NCBI GenBank assembly: GCA_963810725.1
Contig: CAWEOO010000001.1
Location: forward strand, 155,157 to 219,156
Direction of reading: 5' to 3'
DNA: 64,000 bases
Source of the DNA: an uncultured Chloroflexia bacterium
GTDB lineage: Bacteria; Chloroflexota; Limnocylindria; Limnocylindrales; CSP1-4
Of the stretch, positions 47,731-57,867 are shown in pieces. Under the pieces are notes generated by a model that worked only from the letters and a program-made list of their open reading frames with translations, ran no database searches and was not told where the DNA came from. Numbering within the stretch: the stretch's first letter is position 1; each line of letters opens with the position of its first letter. The translations under genes and the position numbers were made by a program.

Positions 47731-48294
47731 ATGTCCCAGGTCGTGCATCCTTCCCGTCACGATCGGAGAGTCCGCATGTCCGTTCAGCCGCAGATCCGGC
47801 TTGTTCCCGCAACGGTGACGCTGTTGAACGCGTTGAACGAGGACCGCGCGCTGTTCTCCGAGCTGATGGCCTCACCCGTGCCGGACGGTTGGCCCGAGTT
47901 CCCAGAAGCCATCGGCTTCACGCTGGAGCATCTCCAGAACGCGCCGGAGGCAGATCAAGCGTGGTCGATGCAGTTCTTCGTCGACCCTGCGACGGGGCGC
48001 CTGCTCGGCTCGGGTGGCTTCGCCGCCCGGCCGGTCAACCGCACTGTCGAGATCGGTTACGAAGTCGCCCCTGAGTTCCGGGGTCGTGGGTTCGGCACCG
48101 CCGCTGCCCGGGCTCTGGTCGAGCGTGCTGTCGCCAGCGGCGAGGTCGATCACGTCATCGCGCCCCCGCGGCCCGGTCCGAACGCGTCGACGGGCGTGCT
48201 CGTGTCGTTGGGCTTCGAGCACGTCGCCGACCAGGAGGACCTTGAGGTTGGCACGGTCTGGGAGTGGAGATGGACTCGACATCTGGTCGAGTAG
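47731..48294 (+). CDS. GNAT-family N-acetyltransferase
   Basis: VEIGYEVAPEFRGRGFGTAAARALVERA..NASTGVLVSLGFEHV. Start may instead be ATG 47776. Confidence 0.75.
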   Translation: MSQVVHPSRHDRRVRMSVQPQIRLVPATVTLLNALNEDRALFSELMASPVPDGWPEFPEAIGFTLEHLQNAPEADQAWSMQFFVDPATGRLLGSGGFAARPVNRTVEIGYEVAPEFRGRGFGTAAARALVERAVASGEVDHVIAPPRPGPNASTGVLVSLGFEHVADQEDLEVGTVWEWRWTRHLVE

Positions 48295-48410
48295 GCGGCT
48301 TGAGCTAAAGAGCGATACCTCCCAATCCAACGGCGCGCGACTTGGGTGCGACGTCAGCGGGAATGTGCTGGGGGCGATTCTGAGCGCATGAGGTTGGACG
48401 TAGATCTCGC

Positions 48411-48890
48411 CTACGGACCGCCCGATGCCTGAATGCCTCGGACACGGCCATCAGGTTCGATCCGCACCACCATCTGGCCTTCGTCGGTCGGTCGTCCTTC
48501 GCGCAGCGTGAATTGGATGAGACCCCAACGACGCATGAAGTCAGGGACCTGATCCACGCCGCCTGCGACATGGACCGTGACCCAGTACTCACCGTCGCTC
48601 ACGAAAACCTCACCGACCCGGTAGTCGAGCCCATCCCAATCCGCGGTCCGCAGGACCTCTTGGTAGGCGTCGACATCTCCGATGAGGGCTTCTCGAATCC
48701 CCGGGTACAACAACGACCAGCCGCCATCGTCAGCTCCGGTGCTGGCCTTGACGAACCAGTCCTCGACCATCTGGTGGGCCTCGTCGGGCGAGCCTCCGAT
48801 GTCCTCCTCCGAGTCGAATCCCAACGGGGCACACCCCAGCACGAGGGTAAGAGAGATGGCGGCCGCGACGATGCCGCGGCCGCCACGCAT
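48411..48890 (-). CDS. Lipoprotein of unknown function
   Basis: MRGGRGIVAAAISLTLVLGCAP (lipobox). Start chosen at the Met preceding the signal peptide. Confidence 0.55.
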   Translation of the reverse strand: MRGGRGIVAAAISLTLVLGCAPLGFDSEEDIGGSPDEAHQMVEDWFVKASTGADDGGWSLLYPGIREALIGDVDAYQEVLRTADWDGLDYRVGEVFVSDGEYWVTVHVAGGVDQVPDFMRRWGLIQFTLREGRPTDEGQMVVRIEPDGRVRGIQASGGP

Positions 48891-49051
48891 CACGTGGGTC
48901 AGGCTTCCCATCCCGCAAGTGTCCAATACAGGTCATTCATGACCACGTCATCGGCGTTCTTGTGAGTCCCCAGGATCACAGGTTAGGAATCAAATCCCCG
49001 GTTCGCCTCATGGCTCTGCTTCGCGAGCGTCGACGCCGCGGCTGGTCAGCG

Positions 49052-49480
49052 TCATTCGGCGTCGATCCGGGATAGCGCGTCAAGGATCGCCACGATGACC
49101 TCCGTAGTCGAGGCCGCCGGGAGGTCGATCCGGGCCGTCGCGGCCTGCGTCAGCATCGGGTTGTAGTCGCCGGCATGGCCGGCAAGTGCGCGAAAGTCGG
49201 TGCGGACGAGGACCACCGGTTTCTTCGTGCCGAACGCGTAGCCGACCTCCCAGGCCGCACCCGAGTCCGGATCCGGCCCATCCATGATCGCGACCAGACC
49301 GTCCGCCCAGTCGATCCGGCCCACATCGATCGCGAAGATGCTGGGGCCATCCTTGTCGGGCCCCTTCTCCTGCGGCAGGAAGACCTCGTGCCCGGCCGCG
49401 CGAAGGGCTGCCGCCACCTCCGCATTCCAGGCGCGCTCGGGGGTGCTGAACAACGGCCCGGAGAAATAGAGCTTCATCAC
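49052..49480 (-). CDS. Nucleoside 2-deoxyribosyltransferase-family protein
   Basis: MKLYFSGPLFSTPERAWNAEVAAALRAAGHEVFLPQE..DSGAAWEVGYAFG. Confidence 0.7.
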   Translation of the reverse strand: MMKLYFSGPLFSTPERAWNAEVAAALRAAGHEVFLPQEKGPDKDGPSIFAIDVGRIDWADGLVAIMDGPDPDSGAAWEVGYAFGTKKPVVLVRTDFRALAGHAGDYNPMLTQAATARIDLPAASTTEVIVAILDALSRIDAE

Positions 49481-49532
49481 GCGAGTATCGCGGAGCCCGC
49501 CTTTAGCCGGCCTGGCTGAACGCCGGGTTCTT

Positions 49533-52500
49533 GTGCATGCGGTCGGTGAGGGAAGTCAGCTCGCTCGAGCGCCGGTTGATCCACGGGAAGGCCTGCCAGC
49601 TCTCGCCGGCTCAGTCGCGATGTTCGATCATGGCCCCGACTGTATCGCCGTGGTCCTTCACGTGACAACCGGGCCCCCGCCCCGCGACGTGTACCGGGCA
49701 GAGGTCGCCGATATCCCTCCGGACGGTCCCTCGCCTCGCGCCGACTACACTCTTGCGCGGCCCGTAGGACGTCGCAGCGCAATCAGAGGTAGCCCGTGCA
49801 CTATCACTCGGATCGCGCGTCTTGACGCTCGCAGCCAGGTCGACCCGACCGGGATCCATAGGGTGAATCCCAATCGGGTAGCCTCGGTCCGCCGACTGCT
49901 GGCGGACCTCGGACGGTCCGAGTCCAGGGGCGACGCGCTGCTCCGCGTGCGGACGCGAGTGCGCTCGATATTCCGCCGATTGACGGGTCCAGCCTCCGAC
50001 CGGGACACGACGAAGGCGATTGCCGGGACCCAGCGACCGGACGCCTCGACGGCCAAGGCGGTGGCCCGTCAGCGCGCTAGGGCGGCACTGACCGAGGCGA
50101 TTGCGCAGGGCAAACCGCTCGAGCGCGCCGTGATCCGAAGCGTGGCGACCCTGGCCGACGCAACGGAGTGGAGCTACGCCTGGGCGGCCGCGGAGGGCGC
50201 GGGGCACATGGCGGGTGGGGGCGCGGCGTCGGCGATGGGTCATGCGCTGCTGCTGCATCGCCGCGGGCAGTTCGCAAGGGCGTGGACGAGGATCTGCGAT
50301 CTCGACGACGAGGCCCTGTCGGCATGGATCCCGGTCGAATCTGTCGACGCGACCTTCGCCGACGGGAGCGTCGACGCCCGCCAGCGCGCGCTCGCCATCG
50401 GCGCCCGGACGGACCGAATGGACGCCAGCACCCTGGTCGACCTCGCCGGTCGATTCCTCGCCTTCGGCGAGCGTGAGCGCGCCGCCGCGCTCGTGGCGGA
50501 GCTGCGTGCAAGGACCCCTATTGACCTCGACGATTCCAGGCGCGGTTCGTTGACCCGGATCGAGCGCTGGCTCGACCGGCGACCCATCTCCGTCCCGACC
50601 GGTTCGATCCCCGTGGCGGTGATGGACTACCAGGCGCAGGACGACGCATCGAGCTCGGGGACGCTCGACGACCACATCCAGAGCCTGTCCCTGATGGCCC
50701 ACCTCGCGCGGCTGAGCAACGTGAGGTTTTCCGGCGACGACGGGCTCGGAGATCTGGCGACCGAGCTGCAGGCCGGCGTTCAACCAGAACTTCGCGCACC
50801 CAACGCGACGGGGTCGATTCACCTGGTCCCGGTCGATCGCGACTTCAGCAGCGTCAGCGACGTGCCCGAGGGGACCTGGATGGTCGCCTTCGGGGACCAC
50901 ATGCACCCGCTGTACGACCTTCGATACGACTTCCCGTACCACCCGAATATCCGGCCGTTCTTCATCTCGTTCCACGTCGAACGGGTCGAGATGCTCACCG
51001 ACGATGCCCGGGACTACCTTCGCCGGTATGGGCCGGTCGGTTGCCGGGACTGGAACACGGTCTTCCTGCTGCTGAGCGCGGGTATCGACGCGTTCTTCAG
51101 CGGCTGTCTGACCACGACCGTCGACGCGATCTTCCCCGCGCGCGAGGTCGCCTACCGCGGCAAGGGAGCGGTCGGGCTGATCGACAGTCCGTTAAAGGCC
51201 GCACGCGGTGCGCGGAACGTGCGCCAGTACACCCACCAGGTTGACGACAACCGTCCGCGATCGCTGACGGACGGCCTTCGCGGCGCGAGCGCCACGCTCG
51301 CCCGTTACCAGCGGGACCTCGATCGAGCGGTGACCGGCGACCTGCTCGCCTACCTCCCGCTCGTCGCCCTCGGCGTCCCCGTCGAGTTCCAGACTGATAG
51401 CCCCGGCGACGCTCGCGTCGCCGGCCTCACCGGCCTGGGTCCCGGCGACGCCCGGCTGACAGAGATGCAGGACGGGATCCGCGCCCTGATCTCCAGGACG
51501 TTCGAGAGGATCCTGGCAGGGGCCGACGAGCGCGAGGTCTACGACGTCTGGCGCGACCTCACCCGAGACCGGGTCGCCGAGGCGAAAGCCCGCTTCCAGG
51601 GTCCTGTCGTCGATCCACCGAAAACCATCGACGTGGCCGCCGCCATCGCCTCGGCTCGCGACGGCATCCGACGGTTCGGGCCGCATGACACGGTCGATCC
51701 GGCGAGGGTCGCGAACATCGTCCTGTGCTTCGATCAGAACCTGACGTCCCAGGCACCCGTCCTGATCGAATCGATGTTGGCGAACGCATCCGGGCCGATT
51801 CGCCTGTGGGTTCTCGGCCGCGGCCTGAGCCGCGCATACGAGGACTGGCTGGCCGCCGCGTTTCCATCGCTCCCGATGACGTTCGTGCCGTGTGATGCCA
51901 TCGCCTACCACTCCGCGGGTCGCCCCCGACGGCTTCCGGCCCGGATCACGATCTCGACGCTCGACCGGCTGATCCTGCCGCAGCTGCTCGATGACGTTGA
52001 CCGCGTCGTCTACGTTGACATCGACACGCTCGTGCTCGGTGACATCTGCCGCCTCGCGGCGATGGACCTCGGCGGCCGACCGATCGCCGCCCGGGACTCC
52101 AACGTCAGCGAGGCCAGCGAGTGGCACCGCGCACCACGCCGGGTCGCCGAGGAGCCGGCGACGGAGCTGCGAAGACGCATGGGCCTGACACATGGGTTCG
52201 GGCACGCCGCGCTGAATGCCGGGGTCCTCGTGCTCGACCTGGACCGCCTGCGTCGCGACGACTTCAGTAGCACGTACCTGCCGTGGGTCGAGCGCTACGG
52301 CCTGCACGACCAGGACATCATGCTGGCGTACGCGGGGCCGGACCGCGCCATGCTCGAGCCACGCTGGAACGCGATGCCGGTCCTCGAGGACGTCGACGAC
52401 CCGAGCCTCATCCATTGGGCGTCGTTCGGGAAGCCGTGGGACCCGGAGCTGACGTACGGACGAGACCTGTGGCAGGGCTACGCCGCGACGCTGCATGCGC

Positions 52501-52547
52501 GCGCCGGTGTGCCGCCGACGACCGGCGAGGGCTCGACTGGAACGTAG
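49533..52547 (+). CDS. Large multidomain protein with a C-terminal family-8 glycosyltransferase domain and uncharacterised N-terminal and central regions. Start uncertain (49533 to 49863).
   Basis: C-terminal ~280 aa: IVLCFDQN..VVYVDIDTLVLGD..LNAGVLVLDL..LHDQDIML..IHWASFGKPW (GT8-type DxD and HxxGxxKPW). Central region: GCRDWNTVFLLLSAGIDAFFSGCLTT. One continuous ORF. Confidence 0.7.
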   Translation: MHAVGEGSQLARAPVDPREGLPALAGSVAMFDHGPDCIAVVLHVTTGPPPRDVYRAEVADIPPDGPSPRADYTLARPVGRRSAIRGSPCTITRIARLDARSQVDPTGIHRVNPNRVASVRRLLADLGRSESRGDALLRVRTRVRSIFRRLTGPASDRDTTKAIAGTQRPDASTAKAVARQRARAALTEAIAQGKPLERAVIRSVATLADATEWSYAWAAAEGAGHMAGGGAASAMGHALLLHRRGQFARAWTRICDLDDEALSAWIPVESVDATFADGSVDARQRALAIGARTDRMDASTLVDLAGRFLAFGERERAAALVAELRARTPIDLDDSRRGSLTRIERWLDRRPISVPTGSIPVAVMDYQAQDDASSSGTLDDHIQSLSLMAHLARLSNVRFSGDDGLGDLATELQAGVQPELRAPNATGSIHLVPVDRDFSSVSDVPEGTWMVAFGDHMHPLYDLRYDFPYHPNIRPFFISFHVERVEMLTDDARDYLRRYGPVGCRDWNTVFLLLSAGIDAFFSGCLTTTVDAIFPAREVAYRGKGAVGLIDSPLKAARGARNVRQYTHQVDDNRPRSLTDGLRGASATLARYQRDLDRAVTGDLLAYLPLVALGVPVEFQTDSPGDARVAGLTGLGPGDARLTEMQDGIRALISRTFERILAGADEREVYDVWRDLTRDRVAEAKARFQGPVVDPPKTIDVAAAIASARDGIRRFGPHDTVDPARVANIVLCFDQNLTSQAPVLIESMLANASGPIRLWVLGRGLSRAYEDWLAAAFPSLPMTFVPCDAIAYHSAGRPRRLPARITISTLDRLILPQLLDDVDRVVYVDIDTLVLGDICRLAAMDLGGRPIAARDSNVSEASEWHRAPRRVAEEPATELRRRMGLTHGFGHAALNAGVLVLDLDRLRRDDFSSTYLPWVERYGLHDQDIMLAYAGPDRAMLEPRWNAMPVLEDVDDPSLIHWASFGKPWDPELTYGRDLWQGYAATLHARAGVPPTTGEGSTGT

Positions 52548-52560
52548 AGGCGCGCGCCCG

Positions 52561-53010
52561 TCAGTGGTGCCCGTGGACGACCGCGTGTCCGCGGCCACGG
52601 GCGATGAGCCAGCGATTGACCGGGTACGCGGCCACGCCGGCGACGGCCAGGGCGACCGCCAGGCTGCCCCAGAACAGGCCACTCGTGATCCCTGCGTCCA
52701 TCGCGCCCGGGATGACCAGCAGGATCGCGTTGTCCACGATCTCCATGACCGTGATCGACAGCGTGTCCGCGGCGAACGCCAGCCTCAGCGCGGATCGCAC
52801 GGCCATTCCGGAACTCAGCAGCGGGCGGAGCGTGAGCCCATACCCGAACACGAACGCCAGCACGATGGCGAGCGCGATCGCGGGTGCGTCGTGCCAGCCG
52901 AGTTGCGTGGCGATGACGAGCCCCAGCACCTCACCGATGCCGCAGCCCGTGAGGCAATGGACGGTCGCGGAAAAGGCGAGTCGGTTCAGCGAAGGCATCG
53001 TGTGGTCCAT
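52561..53010 (-). CDS. DUF4396-family membrane protein
   Basis: FSATVHCLTGCGIGEVLGLVIA plus further TM helices. C-terminus is His-rich (HAVVHGHH). Confidence 0.7.
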   Translation of the reverse strand: MDHTMPSLNRLAFSATVHCLTGCGIGEVLGLVIATQLGWHDAPAIALAIVLAFVFGYGLTLRPLLSSGMAVRSALRLAFAADTLSITVMEIVDNAILLVIPGAMDAGITSGLFWGSLAVALAVAGVAAYPVNRWLIARGRGHAVVHGHH

Positions 53011-53084
53011 GGAGGCAACGTATCGAACCCGTCAAGGCGGAGCCCGCGCACCCGTCGTAGGATTTCGGCACTACGTAGCCCGGA

Positions 53085-53798
53085 GTGACCCAGGTGTTCT
53101 TCGATCCCCTCTACATCGGCCTGATCATCGTGACCGTGCTGATCTCCGGCGCGGCCCAGCTGTACATCCGCTCGACGTATGGGCGCTGGAGCCGAGTCCC
53201 CAACGGTGCCCGCCTGAGCGGCGCGCAGATCGCCGATTTCCTGCGCGAGCGCGCCACGTTCGGTGACAAGCCGGGACATGTGGCCATCACGGCCCTCAAG
53301 GTGGTGCCCGGCAACCTGTCCGACCATTTCGATCCACGAGACCGCTCGCTCGGGCTGTCGCAGGCCGTTGCCGAGCAACCGACGGTCGCGGCGATGGCGA
53401 TCGCGGCCCACGAGGTCGGTCATGCCCAGCAGCACGCCGAGGGCAGCACGCTGATGCAGCTCCGGAGTCTCCTCGTCCCGGCCGCCAGCTTCGGCCCGAA
53501 CGTGGCCTACATCCTGATCTTCGCGGGCCTCATCTTCCAGGTGACGGGGCTCGTCACGCTCGGCATCCTGTTCTTCGGGATCGCCGTGCTGTTCTCGGTC
53601 CTGACCCTCCCCGTCGAGATCGACGCGAGCCGCCGGGCGCTGGCGATGCTCGATTCGACCGGGATCATCACGACACCCGAAGAGAGGCGCGGCGCGCAGT
53701 CGATGCTCACGGCTGCGGCCCTGACCTACCTCGCCGCGGCGGTCACCTCGGTGCTGACGCTGCTCTACTACCTGACCCTGGCGCGGCGGAGCAATTGA
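53085..53798 (+). CDS. Membrane zinc metallopeptidase (YugP / Zn_peptidase_2 family)
   Basis: GNLSDHFDPRDRSLGLS..AAMAIAAHEVGHAQQH..LPVEIDASRRA. Confidence 0.8.
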   Translation: MTQVFFDPLYIGLIIVTVLISGAAQLYIRSTYGRWSRVPNGARLSGAQIADFLRERATFGDKPGHVAITALKVVPGNLSDHFDPRDRSLGLSQAVAEQPTVAAMAIAAHEVGHAQQHAEGSTLMQLRSLLVPAASFGPNVAYILIFAGLIFQVTGLVTLGILFFGIAVLFSVLTLPVEIDASRRALAMLDSTGIITTPEERRGAQSMLTAAALTYLAAAVTSVLTLLYYLTLARRSN

Positions 53799-53805
53799 CC
53801 GGCTC

Positions 53806-54803
53806 GTGACGCGCACCCACATCCCGGAGGCCGTGCTCACGGCCGCGCACGATCGAGCGCGCGCCCGCGCGGCGCGCGATTGGCCCCTCGCCGATCGGCT
53901 GCGCGGCGAGATCGAGGCGGCCGGCTGGGTCATCGTGGATCGCGGCACCGACTTCGCGCTCTCGCCCGCCGCGCCGCCCGATGTCGACGAGGGCGCCCGA
54001 GTCCGCTACGGCGCGTCGCGCAACGTGCCGGCGCGCTTCGAGGATCCGGCAGTCGGTCTCGCCACCGTCGTCCTGATCGCCACCGACTGGCCGGGGATCT
54101 CGAGCGCGCGCTCGCCGGGCTGCGTGCCCATGCTCCGGCCGGGACATCGGTGGTGGTCGTCGCCGACGGCCCGTCCGACGAGCAGGCGGCAGTGCTGGAG
54201 TCGATCGGGCCCCCTGACGGGAGCGGCGGCGACCTCCCCGTCGAGATCGTGTGGACCTCGGAGCGGCTCGGCCATGCGGCGGCGACGAACATCGGGATCC
54301 GCCGCGTCGAGGCGCCCGTGGTCGTCCTGCTCGACACCAGCCTCGAGCCGACCGGCGACTTCGTGACGCCCCTGGTTCGCGCCCTGGACGACGAGCAGGT
54401 CGCGATCGTCGGTGGCTGGGGGATCACCTCGACCGACCTGCGTACCTTCGAGGACGCGCCGGCCGGCGACGTCGACGCGATCGAGGGCTACGTCCAGGCA
54501 TTCCGGCGCGCGGACGCGGCCGCATACGGCCCGCTCGACGAGCGATTCCGGTTCTACCGGAACCTCGATATCTGGTGGAGCCTCGTGCTGCGCGACGGCG
54601 CCGAGGACGAAGAGACCCCGCGCCGGGCGGTCCGCATCGATGGATTGCCGCTCGAGCGGCATGAGCACCGCGGCTGGACGAGCCTCCCCGACGACGAACG
54701 GGACCGCCAGTCGAAGCGGAACTTCTACCGGATCATCGACCGGTTCGGATCGCGCGGGGACTTGCTGGTGGCGAATCGCGTCGATCCGCCATGGAGGACA
54801 TGA
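53806..54803 (+). pseudogene. Family-2 glycosyltransferase with an N-terminal CysRS-C-terminal-like domain; frame change near ~54100
   Basis: N-terminus AAHDRARARAARDWPLADRLRGEIEAAGWVIVDRGTDFAL (frame 1) parallels the cysS C-terminus. GT2 part (frame 0): VVVVADGPSDEQ..AAATNIGIR..VVLLDTSLEP..YRNLDIWWSL. Confidence 0.7.
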
Positions 54804-55174
54804 CCTTGGCCGATCCGTACGTGCCCCTCATCGTGATCGGGATCGTCGTCATCATCGTCTTCCTCGGCGGCAAGTTGAGGACGGGCACGGAGGCTGGCGA
54901 CGAGCCGACTTCGGGCGCCGAGCTGATCGAGCGGCTGCAGGCCACGCTCGGGATCGCCATCGTCGTCGAGTCGGTGGAGTCGAACGAGGTCGCTGATCCG
55001 AGCGGATCCGCGAAGGCCGTCACCATCCGGGCGACGTTCATGTCCGGGCGCCACACCACGACCGGGGCTGTGAGCGGCCCGACGGAATCGGATGCCTGGG
55101 CGGCGCTCGCAAAGGCCGCCATCGCCTGGCGCAACTCCGACTTCCAGCACGTCCCGATGTGGTGGGGCGCCTGA
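54800..55174 (+). CDS. Membrane-anchored protein of unknown function
   Basis: ATGA overlap with the GT2 stop. TM helix: YVPLIVIGIVVIIVFLGG. Confidence 0.5.
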   Translation: MTLADPYVPLIVIGIVVIIVFLGGKLRTGTEAGDEPTSGAELIERLQATLGIAIVVESVESNEVADPSGSAKAVTIRATFMSGRHTTTGAVSGPTESDAWAALAKAAIAWRNSDFQHVPMWWGA

Positions 55175-55177
55175 CCG

Positions 55178-55693
55178 TTGAGCTCGTCCGGCATGAGCGG
55201 CGCCGAGGTCCTCCGCGTCCTCGATGGGCTCAAGGCCGTCGGGATACGAGCCGGGATCAGCGGCGGCTGGGGGGTCGATGCGTTGCTGCGCCGGGAGACA
55301 CGACCACATGGCGATCTCGACCTTGGCGTCGGCGCCGAGGATGTGGATCGTGCGATCGACGCCTTGAGGTCGCTTGGATATGCCATGACTCTGGACGAAC
55401 GGCCCGCGCGGGTCGTGCTGGAGAGCGCCCTCGGTCGAGTGGATCTCCACCCGATCGTCTGGGATGCGTCTGGCGCCGGCGTGCAGACCGGCCTCGCGGG
55501 CGAGCAATTCGATTACCCGACGGGCAGTCTCGACGCCGAGGGTCTGATTGCCGGTCGGATCGTCCGCTGCGCGACCCCCGACCTGCAGCTGGCGTTCCAC
55601 GCCCACTACGAACCCCGCGACCACGATCGCCGGGACATGGCCGCCCTCGCCAGCGAATTCGGGCTGTCGCTGCCGCTCGCGTACCTCGACTGA
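55178..55693 (+). CDS. Nucleotidyltransferase (ANT(2'')/Lnu-like family)
   Basis: GISGGWGVDALLRRETRPHGDLDLGV..VDLHPIVWD. Start is TTG 55178 or ATG 55193. Confidence 0.65.
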   Translation: MSSSGMSGAEVLRVLDGLKAVGIRAGISGGWGVDALLRRETRPHGDLDLGVGAEDVDRAIDALRSLGYAMTLDERPARVVLESALGRVDLHPIVWDASGAGVQTGLAGEQFDYPTGSLDAEGLIAGRIVRCATPDLQLAFHAHYEPRDHDRRDMAALASEFGLSLPLAYLD

Positions 55694-55750
55694 CAAATTC
55701 GCTGGGGTCGTCTGCGCATCGGCGGGACGGTAGCCCCCGGTCGATGCGCG

Positions 55751-56050
55751 ATGATGACGGCCATGACGAACGCTCGATCGCCTCTGAGAAGGGCCGTTGC
55801 GCCCCTCGTGACGTTGGTCGTGCTGGTCGTCGTCTTCGCGCCAGTCCTGCTGTTTGGGGAATCGCCCGGCCCGCTCGGACTCCTCTTTATCGGGGCGGGC
55901 CTGCTCGGCGGTGGCCTGGTCCTGAGCCGCGTGGGCGGCGCCGACGTGCGCACCATCGGGAGGATCCTCGCCGTCGTGGGCCTGGTGCTGTCGATCGCGG
56001 CCCTCGTCGTTCTGGTGCTGGTCCTCGGGGGGCTCGGCCGGCCGTTCTGA
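55751..56050 (+). CDS. Small three-TM membrane protein of unknown function
   Basis: LVTLVVLVVVFAPVLLF, LGLLFIGAGLLGGGLVL, ILAVVGLVLSIAALVVLVLVLGGL. Confidence 0.45.
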   Translation: MMTAMTNARSPLRRAVAPLVTLVVLVVVFAPVLLFGESPGPLGLLFIGAGLLGGGLVLSRVGGADVRTIGRILAVVGLVLSIAALVVLVLVLGGLGRPF

Positions 56051-56073
56051 ACCTGGCCGGACCTGGTTCCGGG

Positions 56074-57625
56074 TCAGCGGCGACGCAGCGTCGAGCCGCC
56101 GGGACCGTCCTCGACGTCCCAGCCGCGATCGCCGAGCTCCTGGCGGAGGGCATCGGCGCGCGCGTAGTCCCGGGCGGCTCGAGCCTCGTCCCGGGCGACC
56201 TGGAGTGCGCTGACGTCGGCCGGCACGTCTGCACCGCCCCGGCTTTCGGCCGCCTGCGCGTCCCAGACGTGGTGGAGGTCGAGCCCCAGGACCGCGTCGG
56301 CGTCCAGCACGAGCCAGCGACGCTCGTCCGGTGGCAGGTCGGCGCGGAGCATCTCGCGGACGCGCGCCAGAGCGCCCGGAAGGTCGAGGTCGTCGTCAAG
56401 CGCCGCCACGAACCGGTCATGCAGCTCGCGCCCGGCGGGGGACAGGGGAGCGGTGGGTTCGTGGGCCCGGTCCTCGACGACGTACCCGGCCGCGTCGCCG
56501 AACCCGGCGATCCCCGACGCCGACCCCGCGGGTCGGTCGCCCGCGGCACCCGCCGACAGCACCGCGGGCGCGACCCACGCGCCATCCTCAGGCGGCGGTC
56601 CCAGCGCTGCGAGCCTGGCCCGGAGCGAGGCCAGCGCCGGCCGCGGCCGCGTCGAGCGAGTCGTCCGAGTAGTTGAGCTTCCGTCCGTACCGCGACGTCA
56701 GGGTCAGGTAGCGGAACGCCAGCGGGTCGAGGCCGCGCTCGGCGAGCTCCGTCACGCGCTGGAAGTTGCCGGCGGATTTGGCCATCTTCCGTCCGGCCAT
56801 CAGGAGGTGCTCGCCGTGGACCCATATGGTCGCGGGCGGGCCGCCGACGAGCGGCGCCGACTGCGCGATCTCGTCCTCGTGGTGGGGAAAGACGTTATCG
56901 ATGCCACCGGTGTGCAGGTCGAATCGATCGCCCAGGTAGCGCCGCGCCATCGCCGAGCATTCCAGGTGCCAGCCGGGATACCCCTCGCCCCACCGATCTG
57001 TCGGCCACTTGAGCGCGCGCCCCTCGCCGGCGGCCTTCCACAGCGCGAAGTCGGCCGGATCGCGCTTGTCCGGCTCCACGTCGCCGCGGTGACCGGCCCG
57101 CAGGTCGTCGAGCGAGTTGCCGGACAACCGGCCGTACCCGGGGAATGACGACACCGAGTAGTAGACGTTGCCCTCGGGCGACCGGTAGGCGTGGCCGGCG
57201 TCCTCGAGCGCCTCGGCGAGCGCGAGCATCTCCGGGATGTGCTCGGTCGCGCGCGGGAAGACGTGCGCGGGCAGGACATTTACGAGCGCTTCGTCGGCAT
57301 GGAACGCGGCCTCGTAGGCGTCGGCGATCTCGGTGGTTGACTTCTGCTCGAGGCCGGCCGCAACGAGCATCCGGTCCTCGCCGCGGTCGAAGCGCTCGTC
57401 GCGCAGGTGCCCGACATCGGTGATGTTCTTGACGTGGAGCACCTCGAGCCCGTGATAGACGAGGGTCCGCCGGATCAGGTCCGCCAGGAGGTAGGAGCGC
57501 AGGTTGCCGACATGGGCGTACCGGTACACGGTCGGGCCGCAGGTGTACATCCGGACGCGCCCGGCTTCGAGCGGCACCACCGGCTCGACGCCCCGGGTCA
57601 GGGTGTTGCGGAGGCGCAGGGTCAC
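56074..57625 (-). pseudogene. cysS: Cysteine--tRNA ligase, with a frame change near ~56640 (probably a consensus indel)
   Basis: MYTCGPTVYRYAHVGNLRSY (HIGH-type), GWHLECSAM, GGIDNVFPHHEDEIAQS, KMAKSAGNF (KMSKS-type) in ORF 56588-57625. The C-terminal part, ..ARDEARAARDYARADALRQELGDRGWDVEDGPGGSTL, is in ORF 56074-56562. Confidence 0.9.
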
Positions 57626-57867
57626 CCGGACATCGTAGCCCCGGACCGCCGCGGGCCAGCCGCCTGCCCGAGGTCCCGGATTTCACGGCGATGATTCCTC
57701 GGCATTCAGACGGGAACGGCCCTAACGACGGTGGACCTGAGTCGTTATCGCAGCAGAGGCCCCGCGGTCAAGCATCGTTCCCCCGGCGGTGTGGTCTGCG
57801 GGGCCTCATCTCGTTCCCGGCGTCCCCGCGGCAGGCTCCACGGGGTATCACCCGTATACTCCGGCCG

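Noticed and set aside
57626-57800. T-box or other leader upstream of cysS
   Set aside because: Only a short AACGAC..GTCGTT hairpin is visible. I could identify no specifier-loop or T-box consensus elements.
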